Source: Amphiscolops sp. MND2022 (taxonomy: Eukaryota). Taken from it: 60,000 nucleotides of DNA. Where the stretch lies: the NCBI GenBank assembly GCA_964187785.1, contig OZ076409.1, positions 9,922,001-9,982,000 on the forward strand, given 5' to 3'. Below are positions 33,148 to 46,178 of this stretch, in pieces; positions within the stretch are counted from its first letter, which is position 1, and each line of letters opens with the position of its first letter. The notes beneath the pieces were generated by a model. It searched no databases. It was not told where the DNA came from and saw nothing but the letters and a program-made list of their open reading frames with translations. A program made the position numbers and the translations under genes.

Positions 33148-36100
33148 TGTTCGGTTATTCCCCCATCACCCATTTATTGAATGAATGTATAGAACTAATT
33201 TATGTATCTTGAATACTAATGTAACTAATTTATATTCAATACCATACTTTCTATTGTAAAGCACTTATTTGATTTATATCGAACACAACGCTAAGAACGT
33301 CTTCGCCATCAAGTTGTCTCCGCCCTAAGACCTAATACTGCAGCTCTGTAAGCTTCTTCCAGTTTTTCTTGAAATACTCCATTCAAAGAAAATAACCATC
33401 TCAACCGTACCTAAAATCAGGTATTTTAACTGCGGCAACCATTGATTTCCCTTCTTTCCTTCCCCTTTTTTCTACAACCTTTCTGCACTAACCATTTCTT
33501 TGGTTCAATATTTCCATATAGATACAAAATCAACTCTTCTGTACTAATCACAAAAAGTGATTCGACTCTTTGTCGGTCCAATAAAAAACCTTCCACTGTA
33601 CTAATCACAAAAAAGTGGTTCGACCCCGTAGTCGGTACGTCCTTTTCTTGTGTACTAATCACATCAAAGTGATTCAGCTACGTGCTGGTACACATTTTCT
33701 GTACTAATTATATCAAAGTGATTCAGCTTTGAGCTGATGCAACATTTCTGTACTAAACAAGTTGGTTCGAGTTTCGTCGGTACATTTTGTGCAAATCACT
33801 TGTTTCGACATTTTGGCAGTACACCTTTTTCTGTACTAACCAAAAACTCCTTTTTGATTCAACCTTTCTGTTGGTACAACTCAATTTTTTTAAATTTTTT
33901 TTTGCCTTCTTTAAATAATTCTGCTTGTTTTTAATTGACTTTATTGTATCTTTTTCGTCTGCTTGCAATCGTTTTTCTCGTCGTCGACAAATTTATGATT
34001 GATTTCCCAATAATTTTTTTCACCTAATGCTCAAAGTTTTTAACTAAAACTCTTGCAACAATGTTTCTTTTTGTCTCCTACATTTTTGCTGTCCTTGTTC
34101 TTCCGATGCTTCTTGTTGAAAAAATATTCATCACTGCTTTCAACTGAGTTGTTCCTATTCACCTAAACTCTTCCCCTTCTCCCCATTCTAAAGTTCCTAC
34201 AATTTCCAATACTCCATCGTTTTACCTTTAACCTCTCCTGATTTGACCACTTCTGCATCCGATATTTTACCTATCTCTTTTCAAATGTTTATGTTTCTCT
34301 TTCGCTTAAGCTCTACCTCTTTCTGGTTCTTCCACAACTCATTCTCATTGCTACCATATTTGTATATAAATGAATATTTAATATTCTCATCTCGTACCAT
34401 ATTCAATCAAGTTACCACCACCTCCGTCAAAACCTTTATCTCCATTTTCATCCACTTCCTCCTGAACCACGTATAGATCCTGAAGTTCTCCTAGACCTTT
34501 TCAGGAGTTTTTAGCCCGCATCGCCATTCATGTTGACTGATCACCCTCCTACTTTACTCCCACTTCCTCTTGTTTTTCCAGATTTTCATTCTCGCATTTC
34601 ATGCGACACCAGCCAAATTTTAACTAGTCTCCCCAGAAAACCTATCCACAACTTAACAGTTCGTCTTTGTTTTGAAACCGACCCGGAAGTTTTTTACACT
34701 ATACCACTCATACGTGAACACCACGACTCCTATCTTTATTATATTGACATCATTCTCTAGTAGAAACTACTGATGTACCTCCTTTCAATTCAACTGAAAA
34801 ATTTCGTAATAATAAATACCCACCAAATTTTACATTCCTATGGCTCATGTTTTCAACCCATTTCTCAAAATCGTCTCAGAAAAAAAACAACGTTTTACCT
34901 AAAAATGCTCTCACCCATCTGCTATCAAAGCACTCCTTCAAAAGGAATCTTTTTTCGATCTTCCCAATATTGAACAACTTTGCTCTATTGAAAACAACCC
35001 CCATCACTGGTTTTCCACTGATCGCCTCTAAACTCCACATTTCTAATACCAATTTGTTTCAAAATCTTACTCAAAACGCACGAACTAAAGAACAAATAAG
35101 TCGAATGTAGTCTCTTTTTCTGCGGAAGTTTTTAACCCTAATTCCATTCATTTGGGATTCTAAATTCCAAGACGCTTGCGGTAACTTCACCTCTCAATTG
35201 TTTGAAGATGAACTCCTCTTTTTTATTGCTACCTCTGAAAAAAAATCCTTGTTTCTATGATCTCCATGATTTTCTTGTCACTTATTTTGACTAACTCACA
35301 TAACAATCTTAGTTTCAACAAAAGTCCTGATATTCCTTCTGCTGTTAGACCATTTGCAAAATATACTCCTCAAACAGTTTCTTTAGATACCACTTCTGAT
35401 ATTTCTCTCGAAACCATTCCCTCTACTTCTAATATTTCTCTCCAAACCATCCCTTCTGCCTCTAACGTTTTGGTCCAAACTCACAATATTGGTTATCCTC
35501 CTCCAAATCTTGATCCACCTCCAGCGCCTTCTTTAACCAACCGCATAACAACTCAATCCTCAACCTCTCACTCGCCATACCGATAAAACACTTCTTCTAA
35601 TTCTCCCCACCACCTAATATCATTACTGCTCAACCATCAACTTCTCAAATGCATCCAAATCTTCCTCCATTCCCTCTTTCTTTTCCTCATGTAATCAATA
35701 CTCAACCTCAAGCTCTCGCTCTTCAAACACACTTACCCACTTCTCATTCTTATCACCCTAAACCTTCATCATCATTGCCTATCACTCAAAACCCTTCTTC
35801 AACACTTCAAACTTCTTCTTTCCCTGCTCCTAACTTTTATGATCCTTACGCTTCACTTCATCCCAGTTTTCAAAAATACACTTCCTACTCTCTTCAACCA
35901 CCTTCGCTTCCTCCTAACCCCTATCACCACCTCATGCTACCTACCCTTTTAATCCACATTCTTCTCAATCTCCTCAACCTGTTTTCTCAATGACCCCTTC
36001 TGTTCCATTTGCTACTCTCTCTGACCCTATTAAACTTTTTGATGTCTTGGATCAAACGTATCCTCCCAAAAAGTTTTTAGATCACCTCAGTGCAAGTTGC

Positions 36101-37210
36101 GCGTGTAATATTTCAACTTGGACCTCAACCTCTTGATATACAATCATATATAACCTGGCACTCAAGTCGACTGTCTCTCATTTAATGTACCCTTACTGGA
36201 ACTGCCTCTAATTGGTATGATCGAGGCCCTCAAAAAAGATGACGAGAATGTTAAACACCTTGCTTTAAAAGCTGAAACTCTCGTTAAACAAAGTTGGTAC
36301 AATGAATAACCAACCACAATAAACCTCATATTTAATGAAAGTTATACTCTTGGTCTTCCAAAAAACTAAACACCTTGCCAATAAACGTCAAGTCAAACAT
36401 TTTTCTAGTTTACTTTAACCTTCAATTCCTTTCCACTCTCTTGTTAATATGGTTGACTCTGAAGATATCACACGTTAAAAACTTAAAATACAAGAATTTT
36501 CTGTCGAAATTAACACTCTCCCAGACACTTTTAGCAAAAATGCCACTGTGACAGATAACTCCATTGAACCTCCACAAATACAAGTTGTAGATCCTAAAAA
36601 ATCAAACTAAATCTCAATTTAAAAAATCTTGCTCTTTTTGCCATAAAAAGAATCATTCGGTCTTCACTTGATATCGTAGACTCAATATGCTTAGAGAATC
36701 TGAAACCCAATCTAAATCACCTACTCATCTACCTTTTACAAACATTTCGAAACACCATTCAATAAATATAACAACCAAAGTCCTCGTTATTGTAGTAGAA
36801 GTAATATTAACCACAATCGCAAACTCTCGTTCAAACTCTCGCTCAAAGTATTCTCATAACCACTCCTCTCATAACCATCCTCCATATTATAATCGTAATC
36901 GATCTCGTTATGATCAATATTATAGAAAATCTCCTTCCCCAAAATATTTTGTATCTCACTCATACTACAATTCAACATCTTCCCGTAGCTCAAAAAGTTT
37001 TATTCTGATTATCGCGAACGCTCCGCGAGTTATAATAACTACTCTTTCCGACGCAAAAATTACCATATCGCTCTCCTTCAAACCACGTTTTGATCACTAC
37101 TGAAGTCGATCTCGCTCTAGTTCACAAAATTATCTTAATCACCAATACAAACCCGCAGTTAATTTCACTCAACAACCCCCTCACTTATTCATCAATCTGC
37201 TATCACATAA
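33148..37210 (+). mobile_element. Decayed 5' half of a pyrimidine-rich LTR retroelement (short putative LTR, leader, gag remnants)
   Basis: Putative 138-bp LTR tgttcg...cgaaca (33148-33285); gag-like LSDPIKLFD..YPPKKFL, LTGTASNWYDR (~36000-36225); Ser/Arg-rich RSNSRSK tail; same C/T-rich sense strand as the 52.5-60 kb element. Confidence 0.65.
33480..33845 (+). repeat. Cluster of ~7 short tgtactaa(t/c) repeats in the element leader
   Basis: tgtactaatcaca-like motifs spaced ~50-80 bp apart. Confidence 0.7.
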
Positions 37211-38348
37211 GATATCTCAGACACGGAGACACCAGTATTCCCAAGGAAGAGAGCCTCTGCCTTCGACAGCAACATTGTATCGCAAATTGATGAAGGACGT
37301 TACAATACATATGCCGCAATGGACTAGCAAGATGTTGCTAGTTCGATTAACAGCCAATAAAAGCGCGTTCTTTTTTCTGATACGCGTTACGAGTTTTGCT
37401 CGGTACACTGTGTGATTTGGCGTTACGCGTAGTGATCAAACTACTTTACAGTCTCTACAAATACGTACATTGACTGGTTTCCACTTCACACACGAAGACG
37501 GAAGTTGATTATTTTACACATCCTTCTGGTACATATTTTGAATCGAATTAACTTTTAGAGTGAAAAACAATCAAAGTGTGTAAGTTAGTGATAAATTTGA
37601 CTGTTTTCCACTCTGAAACATTCGTCATTTTCTTTCAAACTTGGTACAGATTTTGACTGGAATCCACTTTGGCAAAATGTGTAAGTTAATGATTTTATTA
37701 GGATATATGATTATCGCATTAAATAGCACAAAACAAGTCTACTTGTCTCAATTCTACACCCGAGGAAAAACATGATTCGAGGAGAAACGACTGTTATACA
37801 AAACCTTTTTCTATTAGGAGTTATCAGCAATTAATGATTTGATTATATCTATTTTGAGTTGCGGGAGTAGTAATGGTGTAACAAAAATTGACTAATTTAC
37901 GTGGTAGATATTTCTAAGTACTCGGAAAGTGAATTTTAGGCAAAGATTGACTAATTTACGCTTTATACACGATACGGAAATGCGCCAGATATAGGTTGAA
38001 ATTTTTGACTGGTTTCCACTTTTCTCTAATTACGCTCAATGACCACAATCCGCGACTTCTGATTACACTGTGCATCAAATTTCACGATGAAGACATTGCA
38101 CTGCTTGACTAGAATACGGTTCGCTTCGCTCTCGTTTTTTCGGAAAATGCACTCTACACTTGATGATATATTCCACTTTTGCGGCATATGTATCGTAATG
38201 GAGAAGCCGCTAGAGGACATATGCGGCACAGCTCCATTGAATAACCAAGCAGTATTCTCGAGCGTTCGCGCTCTTTAGGACTTGGACTGTGCTGAAACAA
38301 GCATTCTAAACTTTGATGCCACAAAGCTGTTGTCATTCACCATATGTG

Positions 38349-40824
38349 TTAACAAAGCAGGCGAAGAGCTAGTGGCTTCAGCTGTGTCATGACGAGCTCC
38401 GATTGCTGAATTGGGCCTTTTTCTAAGTCCAGACCACAAAAATAGTCGATGAATCGCATCACAGAAGCTGTTGACCTCTGAAGCCTGTCCAAGTTTGAGA
38501 AACGGTCAACGTCAATCACCGGTCGATGACTTTTGGGTTGCACATGAAAAATGCCAGCCGCACGCTTGCTTCGCTCTGGAGGTGCATCAGTTGGAAGAAT
38601 CGGTTGTTTAGGCCATAGTGTTTCATCATGCGCTAGCCATTCGGGACTTTTCAACCACAGGTTGAAATCCAGAAGGTCTGTCGCGGTTTTCCCTCGTGGG
38701 TTCTGTTCTGAAGGAACATGCTTCCATTGTGAAGGGGCAACCTGTTCTTGAATTAGAGACACCCGATTAGCAACAAAACAACCCCAGGTTCCTCGGTGAT
38801 TCGATAACCAAGATAACACTAATGTGGAATCCGTCCAGGCAATGACACGAGAAAAGTTGACGCTGAGCTTAGATAGGGCTAAGGTAGTTGACTGCACCAA
38901 CTTTGCAGCTAGAACTGCACCGGAGAGCTCCAGGCGAGGTAGGCTGAGAGTCTTGATGGGAACCACCCGTGACTTGGCAGTAAGTAGACTGACAAAGTAG
39001 GAGTTGTCTGTGGATGAAACACGAGAGTAGATAAACGCACTGAATGCCGTCTGAGAGACATCGCAGAACACATGCAGCTCCACTGTAGAGTGTGCAGTGA
39101 ATGAGAAAAACAAACATCTGGGTAAAGAAACGCTTCAGATGGCGTGAAGATCCTTTGGAGCTGAGAGCCAAGTTTTGAGGATTGCTGCGGGAACCTCGTC
39201 CTCCCATTCCACTCCAGTTATCCAAGTCCGTTGCACCAAGACCTTGAAAGTGATTACAAGAGGAGAAAGTCATCCCAGTGGATCATATAGCTTAGCAATG
39301 TCCGAAAGCATTTGACGTTTAGTCTTGATTGATTCGGGATCGACGTCGTTCACACATCCTGCAGAGGAAGTCATCGAACCCCCAGACCTTTCGTTTGGTA
39401 GTTGCCGTCATGAAATTTGTGCGCCTTGAGTGCTTCCTGGAGGTCAAGAGGTAGATGCTGGATCGCTGCCGGAATATTGGAAGACCATTTGCGAAAGCAG
39501 AAGCCAGCAGATTATAGGGTTTTTTGAAGAGCGTCCTGAAGTTGGATTGCGTCTTCGAGTGAGGAGGTGACAGAAATCATGTCATCTACCTCGAAGTCAC
39601 GCAGGATCACTGGGCTTGCTAGCGGATGATGATGATCATGGGCAGGAGATAGAAGAGCCTTGACTACTTGGTGAGCAGAAGGTTGAATGCCGAACGTGAC
39701 GCGGGTCATGACCTCAATTGGTTCACCAGGCTGATCGCGCCATAGAAGTCGATGGTAGTCCCTGCTGCTTCGCTTCAAACACACTTGACGGTACATCCTT
39801 TCCACATCAGCGCAGAGAGCTATTGTGTGAAAACGAAACCTAGGCAAAATATCAGTTAAATTGTCTTGAAGTGTATGACTAGTCAGAAGTGAGGCTTTGA
39901 GGGACCAGCCAGACGAAGCCCTTTCGGAGCCGTCGAAGACTATGCGAAGCTTCTGAGTTGAACTATCCTTCATCGCATTGTGATGGGGAAGGTAGAAAAC
40001 ATGATGTGGTGGTTTGTCCAGATCCTCAAATGGGACTCGTTCCATGTGACCAGCATCCTTGTATCCATTGATGTAGTCAGTGTAGTCTTGCTTGAGACCA
40101 GTAGACTAGAGTCGTCTGGCCAGTGCCAGAAAGCGTCGCTTCGCCTGATTGAAGCTTTCACGAATTGGAGGTGCATCTGAGTTGATGCGCCCATCAGCTG
40201 TCCTATACGTCGTCCGAGTGAAGAAGTCCTCACAACGCCGCTCTTCAGGGGTGAATTGGTTGGACCCAGTACCAGGGACTTCCTCGATTTCCCAGAAGCG
40301 AGTCAGAAGCTGATCGACGGAGGAGAAATCACTTGTTGAATGTAGCGCGATGTGAAGTGATTGCTCAGAGCGAGAGTCAGAAGTTGTAGGTGGGTGGCCT
40401 GATTGAACCAATTTGGGGTTGAGTGTACCGCAGAGAACCGAACCGCATATGGTTTCCTAGGCTGAAACTTGTTAGAAAGAACAATTGATTCTTATAGATC
40501 AATACCAATGAGGAGATCGTTTGGACCAGGTGTGTGGAACATCGGATCGACCATTTGCAAGCCATCTAATTGAGTGAGTTCAGCAGAACTGATGGGCTGG
40601 AAAGGGAGATCATAGGTGATCGTTTTGAGAACCAGAGCAGTTGTACTAAGTAGTTGCTCGTTTTAGGGGCAGTAGAGGTCCAGGGTGACCACGGCTGAGG
40701 GACGAGGCATGCGCGTGCCCGCTATCCCGGTGTAGGTCACAGCTGTCTGCTTTGTGAGCAGACCGAGCCGCTGGGCTGCCTGGGTGGTCATGACGTTCAC
40801 CGTTGAGCAAGAATCAAGAAGTGC
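38349..40824 (-). mobile_element. BEL/Pao pol remnant (protease, RT, RNase H), truncated before integrase
   Basis: ALLDSCS; FYLPHH, KLRIVFDGS, ADVERMYRQV, RVTFG, EVDDMIS; LHVFCD, SLPRLELSGA, WTDST, WKHVPSEQNP. Confidence 0.92.
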
Positions 40825-42062
40825 TTCTTTCTTGAAAGCAACCAATATGTCTCGGAGCGTTGTTTCCGTATTGGTTTTGAATGTCTGCCAAAATTTAATT
40901 GCGTCGTCTCTCAAGAGAAAATAGTTCAGCTTCTTGTCTTCAGTGAGTTTGTGAGAGTGTGGCCTGAGGTGATTTAGTAGCAGATGTTGAAATTCGTTGT
41001 AATTGTCTCTATTTCTTTTGAACAGCGGTACTTGTGTTCGGAGAAATTTCGGTTGGGTGATCGTGTTGCTCATCGTGTTGCAAAGGTGATGGATTTCGAT
41101 CATCACGTCAGTCAGTAGTGGGGCGTCGACATCGCTTCTGGGAAATTCATTTGGTGGAGTTGTTCGTGAGCCTGATGGTTGTTGGTTCTAGGCTCCTGTC
41201 ACCAAGTCAGAATGGGTGTCAGTATCATTTGACAACATATTTACTCCGTTCCCTTCTCTCAGATTAGAGGATTTACTATCGGTAAGGGTTAAATACAAAA
41301 GTGGTCAGTTCATTAATTTGTCGGTTCATCTCTGAAAACCTCCGTTCTATAGCATCGTTTTTCATGTTTTATTTCTACTCAATATGTCGCTGTTGTCGAA
41401 TTCGAACATTTGTGCCCTTGATAAGACTTCTGGCACACTTTGGTCATTTTCGCTATCACTCATTGCTTCAGGTACTATTAGAATATTTCTATTAGCTTGA
41501 GATCTGATTACTACCCTATGAACGAAACGATAGAGTATTGAAGGTTTTTTTGTCATACAGCAGATGAAAATGGAATAATCGCGAAGTTTAATATTGACAA
41601 TTGTCAAGGTATGATTGCAACTGTCAGGTATGGTTTACTAAATCGTACTGGTGGTCAATCTATCACCAACGCTTTTCTGGTTCCAGCGTCTTAGCACCTG
41701 TTGATACTGAACAATGGTATCGCTTATTTTAATTGGTGTTAATTAGCGCACTTAGCTTCAAAGTGAAAGGTATATGACCGTGAGTTACAGTCATCAAGGC
41801 AATCGATGAACGCAATTTTTAGCACAAGACGGAGTGAATGACTGTGTGTCTCAGTCGCTAAGGCAATCGATCATTGTAATTATCGCCATTATGTGTGAAA
41901 CATTTCTATACTTTCTGGTCGTCAAGGCAACCTCATGTTCAAAATGTTCCTTCTGATAAGCATCATGACTGTAAATACCGGCAATGAAACGAAAATGTGC
42001 AGGTTGATATCTAGGAACTACATGGTAATACGATGAAGGTTGAACAGATGTTTATGATTACT
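40825..42062 (-). mobile_element. Gypsy LTR + PBS + gag 5' fragment, running up to the assembly gap
   Basis: PBS-like tggtgacagg at ~41204-41195 (minus); gag TQVPLFKRNRDNYNEFQHLLLNHLRPH...LNYFLLRDDAIKFWQT. Confidence 0.72.
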
Positions 42063-42262
42063 NNNNNNNNNNNNNNNNNNNNNNNNNNNNNNNNNNNNNN
42101 NNNNNNNNNNNNNNNNNNNNNNNNNNNNNNNNNNNNNNNNNNNNNNNNNNNNNNNNNNNNNNNNNNNNNNNNNNNNNNNNNNNNNNNNNNNNNNNNNNNN
42201 NNNNNNNNNNNNNNNNNNNNNNNNNNNNNNNNNNNNNNNNNNNNNNNNNNNNNNNNNNNNNN
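42063..42262. other. Assembly gap (200 N)
   Basis: Run of n. Confidence 1.
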
Positions 42263-42299
42263 TATCCGGTTGAAAATGCGATGACAATTATGAATACTG

Positions 42300-43600
42300 G
42301 AGAAATCATGTTATTGGTGACTATTAATTTTGGTTGTTTTATATGTATGTATATTTAGATAAAACTAGAGAAATGAAAGCACTATTTACAATACTGATAT
42401 ATCTAATCGGGTGTATACTTCATTTAAGTAGTTTTCGGAGTTTATGGTTTATCCATGATGGTATTCGGGCATGACACCAAGTTTCCACCAATTACCAAAA
42501 CTACGCCAGCAAACCATGTTCTCGAAATACAACAAAAACAGCAGTTTATCAACACCTCCACCAACCCAGACGCTGGCCACATGTTTGAATACATCAATTG
42601 GGCAGACGCGTCTCTCAAAGTTGAAAAACTACTTCTGCAAAGTTCGAGTGAAATAGATAAATTATTGTATGACCCCAGACGCCAAAATTACCGTGATGGG
42701 GACAAGCTTTCCTGCTCAAAAATTTTGAGTGATGGAGACTTTCAACTGACTGATCTTTGGTCAGCAAAATACTTGTTGAGGAAGGCCAAAAGTGCAATGC
42801 ATTGTTTCTTAGAAGCTCCGGAAATATTTTCCCGGAAAAATCCGTACCGAAAATCTTTGAACATCTGTAAGGATCCTTGCAGAACTGAAGTTGTTCTTAC
42901 GTGGAAGTGACACGATCTTTACTGATCCTCAAGGAAAAAAAGGCTCACAGATCTGTACAGATTCTGGAGGAAAGCTCAACATGGGAAATCGCATCGTATT
43001 GGATGCTCACAAGATTGTTCAGGGAAAGAAAACACTTGGAAACGGCTGACTAAGCAATAGAGAATTACAAAAAGTACGATGGAACATCCCTGACATGAAA
43101 AGATTTTGCTGCCATTAGTTGCTGTCAATAGGCAATCAATAGATTTGGAATACTTTCTCCATTCAAAAAACGTTGATTGTTGTTTTGCTATAACTGTCAT
43201 CAGACTGTGAAGCATTATTTTAAGCAGTTTGAAACAAATCATTTCTACGAGGGAACCTGGATGTTTCAGAAAGAAGGGAACATTTCAGTGCTGAGACTTC
43301 TTAAGTGTACTAATTCATCGTGATTCATGAAGACCCAATTTTTTGACCATTTTTATTTTATGATATTGGCAACAGATAACGTGGGATAGAATCCCAAATC
43401 TCATTTTCATTGATTGTATTACAGACATCAATGCAGAACGTAATCCAGGGGGAGGTGTCCAAAAAATAGCACGAATCACCAAAAAGCTCTCAATGATTGA
43501 CATATTCGTCAAAATCAAAGAGCAGGAAGACGTTGCACACCATTTTTAAGGACTTTCAAATGTTCGGAGTGTATTCGGGAAAAACTTGAGCGTTTGAGAA
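42300..43600 (+). pseudogene. Decayed gene of unknown family (151-aa open segment at 42455-42910, then broken frames)
   Basis: Protein-like ORF followed by frameshifted segments; 3' part homologous to 3720-4080. Confidence 0.4.
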
Positions 43601-43709
43601 AAAAACTGATTTACATAAATGTTTTCCAACTTTCATCCATTGATCAACTCTCCATGGAGCTGCCTGGTTACGGTTGATATGGTTTCTGTTGGTCAGAGGA
43701 AAACAACTA

Positions 43710-44124
43710 AAGCCGAAAACGTTCATTCGAATAAATTGGATAAAATTTTTGTAGCAAAATTATTAATGAGATTTTTCTCTCCTTCAGCAGCTGCAACAAA
43801 ATTTTCAATTGTGATCTATAAGTATACTCAAATTATTGCTTGAATGAGCAAGTAATTATTTATATTTGGTCAAAGCCACAGAAAATTGAGAACCGGTGTT
43901 TCTGTTAACTTTAGTATCTGTAAAATCTGTCGTGATTTCCCAAATTCAACTCTGCTTGTTATCATGACACAAAGAAACCAACCGCTTGAACTCTTCTGCC
44001 GCTTTGGGCCAAAAGGATAAGATTTCTGAAACGAAATTTCTTCAAACACTACAAGTTCAGTTTCTCCATACACTGTAGGTGGTTCACTGTAGGTGGCATC
44101 ATTTTCCTTCTGTAACTCTCCCAA
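43710..44124 (+). promoter_or_regulatory. Conserved upstream block of lectin gene 2, displaced by a solo LTR
   Basis: Homologous to 8620-9130. Confidence 0.5.
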
Positions 44125-44129
44125 CCTGC

Positions 44130-46039
44130 TGTGTTGACCGTGATTCGGGAGTAAATCACTTGGTCCAACTAGTCTATACCTATATTCCGTGTTTTCCGCA
44201 TCCTCGTCGTCGGGACCATGACGCACGTTGTTAGACGGTCTCTCTGTCAGTGTATCGATTTTAGAAGTCAGGTTCTCTATCATCTTCAGAATTTCGCGCT
44301 GTCCGACTTCCGCGTCTTTGATTCTTTTACTCACAGATTTTTCTATCTTTTCAGATAATTCCGTAAAATCCTTATCAGACAAACTAGCAGCGTTTTCAGA
44401 TCTCATGCTAGAAGATTCAGGTTCGTCTAAAGAGTTCACAGGAGAATCCCTTCTGGCTTTTCTTTTGGAGCTACGTTCTGGCATCTTACTTAGGCTTGAT
44501 AATTCTTGATTTTCTTTTTAAGGGAATTAGAGCGAGTTCTCAAGTGACAAAGTGTGACGTTTCAAGATTTTTAATTATCGTTGAACGAAAGACAATTGTT
44601 TCGCAAAATAACAAAATTCAACTAAAAATGGCTTCTAGCTCGCATTGTATTTATACTTTTCATCCCGGAAATCAGGGAAAAGACACGAACATACTTCACA
44701 TTTTGTTCAGTCCGGCGTCCGTCCGAGGCAAGGAAACAGGAAGTTCAGTTCCGCTTTGTCGAACTCAGGCTTTCAGCTTGTTCATGCTTTCCGAAGAAAG
44801 GCACGCGTCCACTTCCGGCCTGAGTTGCGACTCCGCTTCCCTTCGCCTCCAATTTCCCGCCTCTTCAGGAGGCCGAACTGAAAAAAATTATCAGCGGCAC
44901 GCGCAATGAGTCACTGAATAAGATTGATTAACTGCACAAATTTGAGAAAAAATGATGACAACCAATTTTCCTTTACAAATATTTCCCTAAATTAAATAAA
45001 TCAGCAACAATTTGAATGAAATTTAACACAGATTACACATTAGGCTTCAAATGAAAGAGTAGAATTGCTTCTACAGTATTTGTAGCTCTGATTTTGGTTA
45101 ATAACACAAAGCCTGGTCCCAGGCCATAGTCCGGGACGGACAAACATGTTCAGTGGGTAGAGCAACTATTAATTATAAACAGCATCAGATATATTGTTCG
45201 GGAAGGTATTTAATGCAATTGAACGACAACAGATTCAGGGAACAGGATATACATGTTATTAACACTTGGTTTAATATTCGGTACTAAATCTTTGGTTCAG
45301 GTCGCGGTTCAGGCCTGTTTATAGATTAATCAACATTTACATGTAAAAGAACGTTATATGTAATATTTTAAACTACAATATAGTTTAAGATCATAGATAA
45401 TAATCTCTAGATTCATTTTGAGACAAAGTTACATGGTAGCATCATCATCTTTCACTTTCGTGATTGATTTATTGTAATTAATTCTCAGGCCGCATCCCAG
45501 GCCGTGGTACGTGATGTTCTATTAAGTTAGCACAGTAATCTCAATTGTTGGTATATTTGCATTCGTATTGTTAATAAATCACTGCACTAGACATTAGTTC
45601 ATTTACATGTATTCACTATAGCGCGCGCTTGCATATTAATCCGCTGAGGTTACAATTCTCAGGCTGCCTGCCAGGCCGCCGCTTCAGTGCGAGTATTTGA
45701 GGCCGGCTGCCAGGCCTCAGTTCCGCCTTCGATTTCTCAGTTCATTCACTGAGCGGTGCTATTCGATTATTATTATTACATAGTATTGTATTATTATTAA
45801 CTGCACAAATAGCTCCGTTATTCCGTAAGTACGTATTTATATAAGTGTACAATATTATGATAATAATACTAGTATGCATATATTTATTAATTTAACTTCA
45901 AATTTATATTGTTTAGCTCCTTTGTTTCTGATTGTTTGTCCGCTGTCTATTTCCTCTTCTTTTGTTCTTTTTCCAATTTATTCTTCGAAGACTGGGTTGT
46001 GTTTGTTGCAATACTCGCAGCTCAGTCGGGGCTGTGACA
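44130..46039 (-). mobile_element. Solo LTR (1910 bp, Gypsy type) with 5-bp TSD cctgc
   Basis: TG...CA termini on both strands; cctgc at 44125-44129 and 46040-46044; gag-like N-terminal ORF MPERSSKRKARR...QREILKMIENL inside. Confidence 0.88.
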
Positions 46040-46178
46040 CCTGCTCAATTGTTTGTGTACAATAATTACCAGCGAAAACGAACTTTACATTCATCTCCAA
46101 CGATTGTTCTACCTCAATTGTTACAATAAAAACTCAAAATATTGGAAAACCAGATATTTTCTTCAGAAGACGGATATT

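Noticed and set aside
33480..33845. CRISPR-like repeat-spacer array
   Set aside because: Repeats are short and degenerate, spacers resemble each other, and the cluster lies in a retroelement leader
42018..42309. ORFs spanning the N run
   Set aside because: Artefacts of the assembly gap
46053..46178. N-terminal extension of lectin 2
   Set aside because: GTG start; the ATG at 46179 aligns with the paralog 1 start and signal peptide
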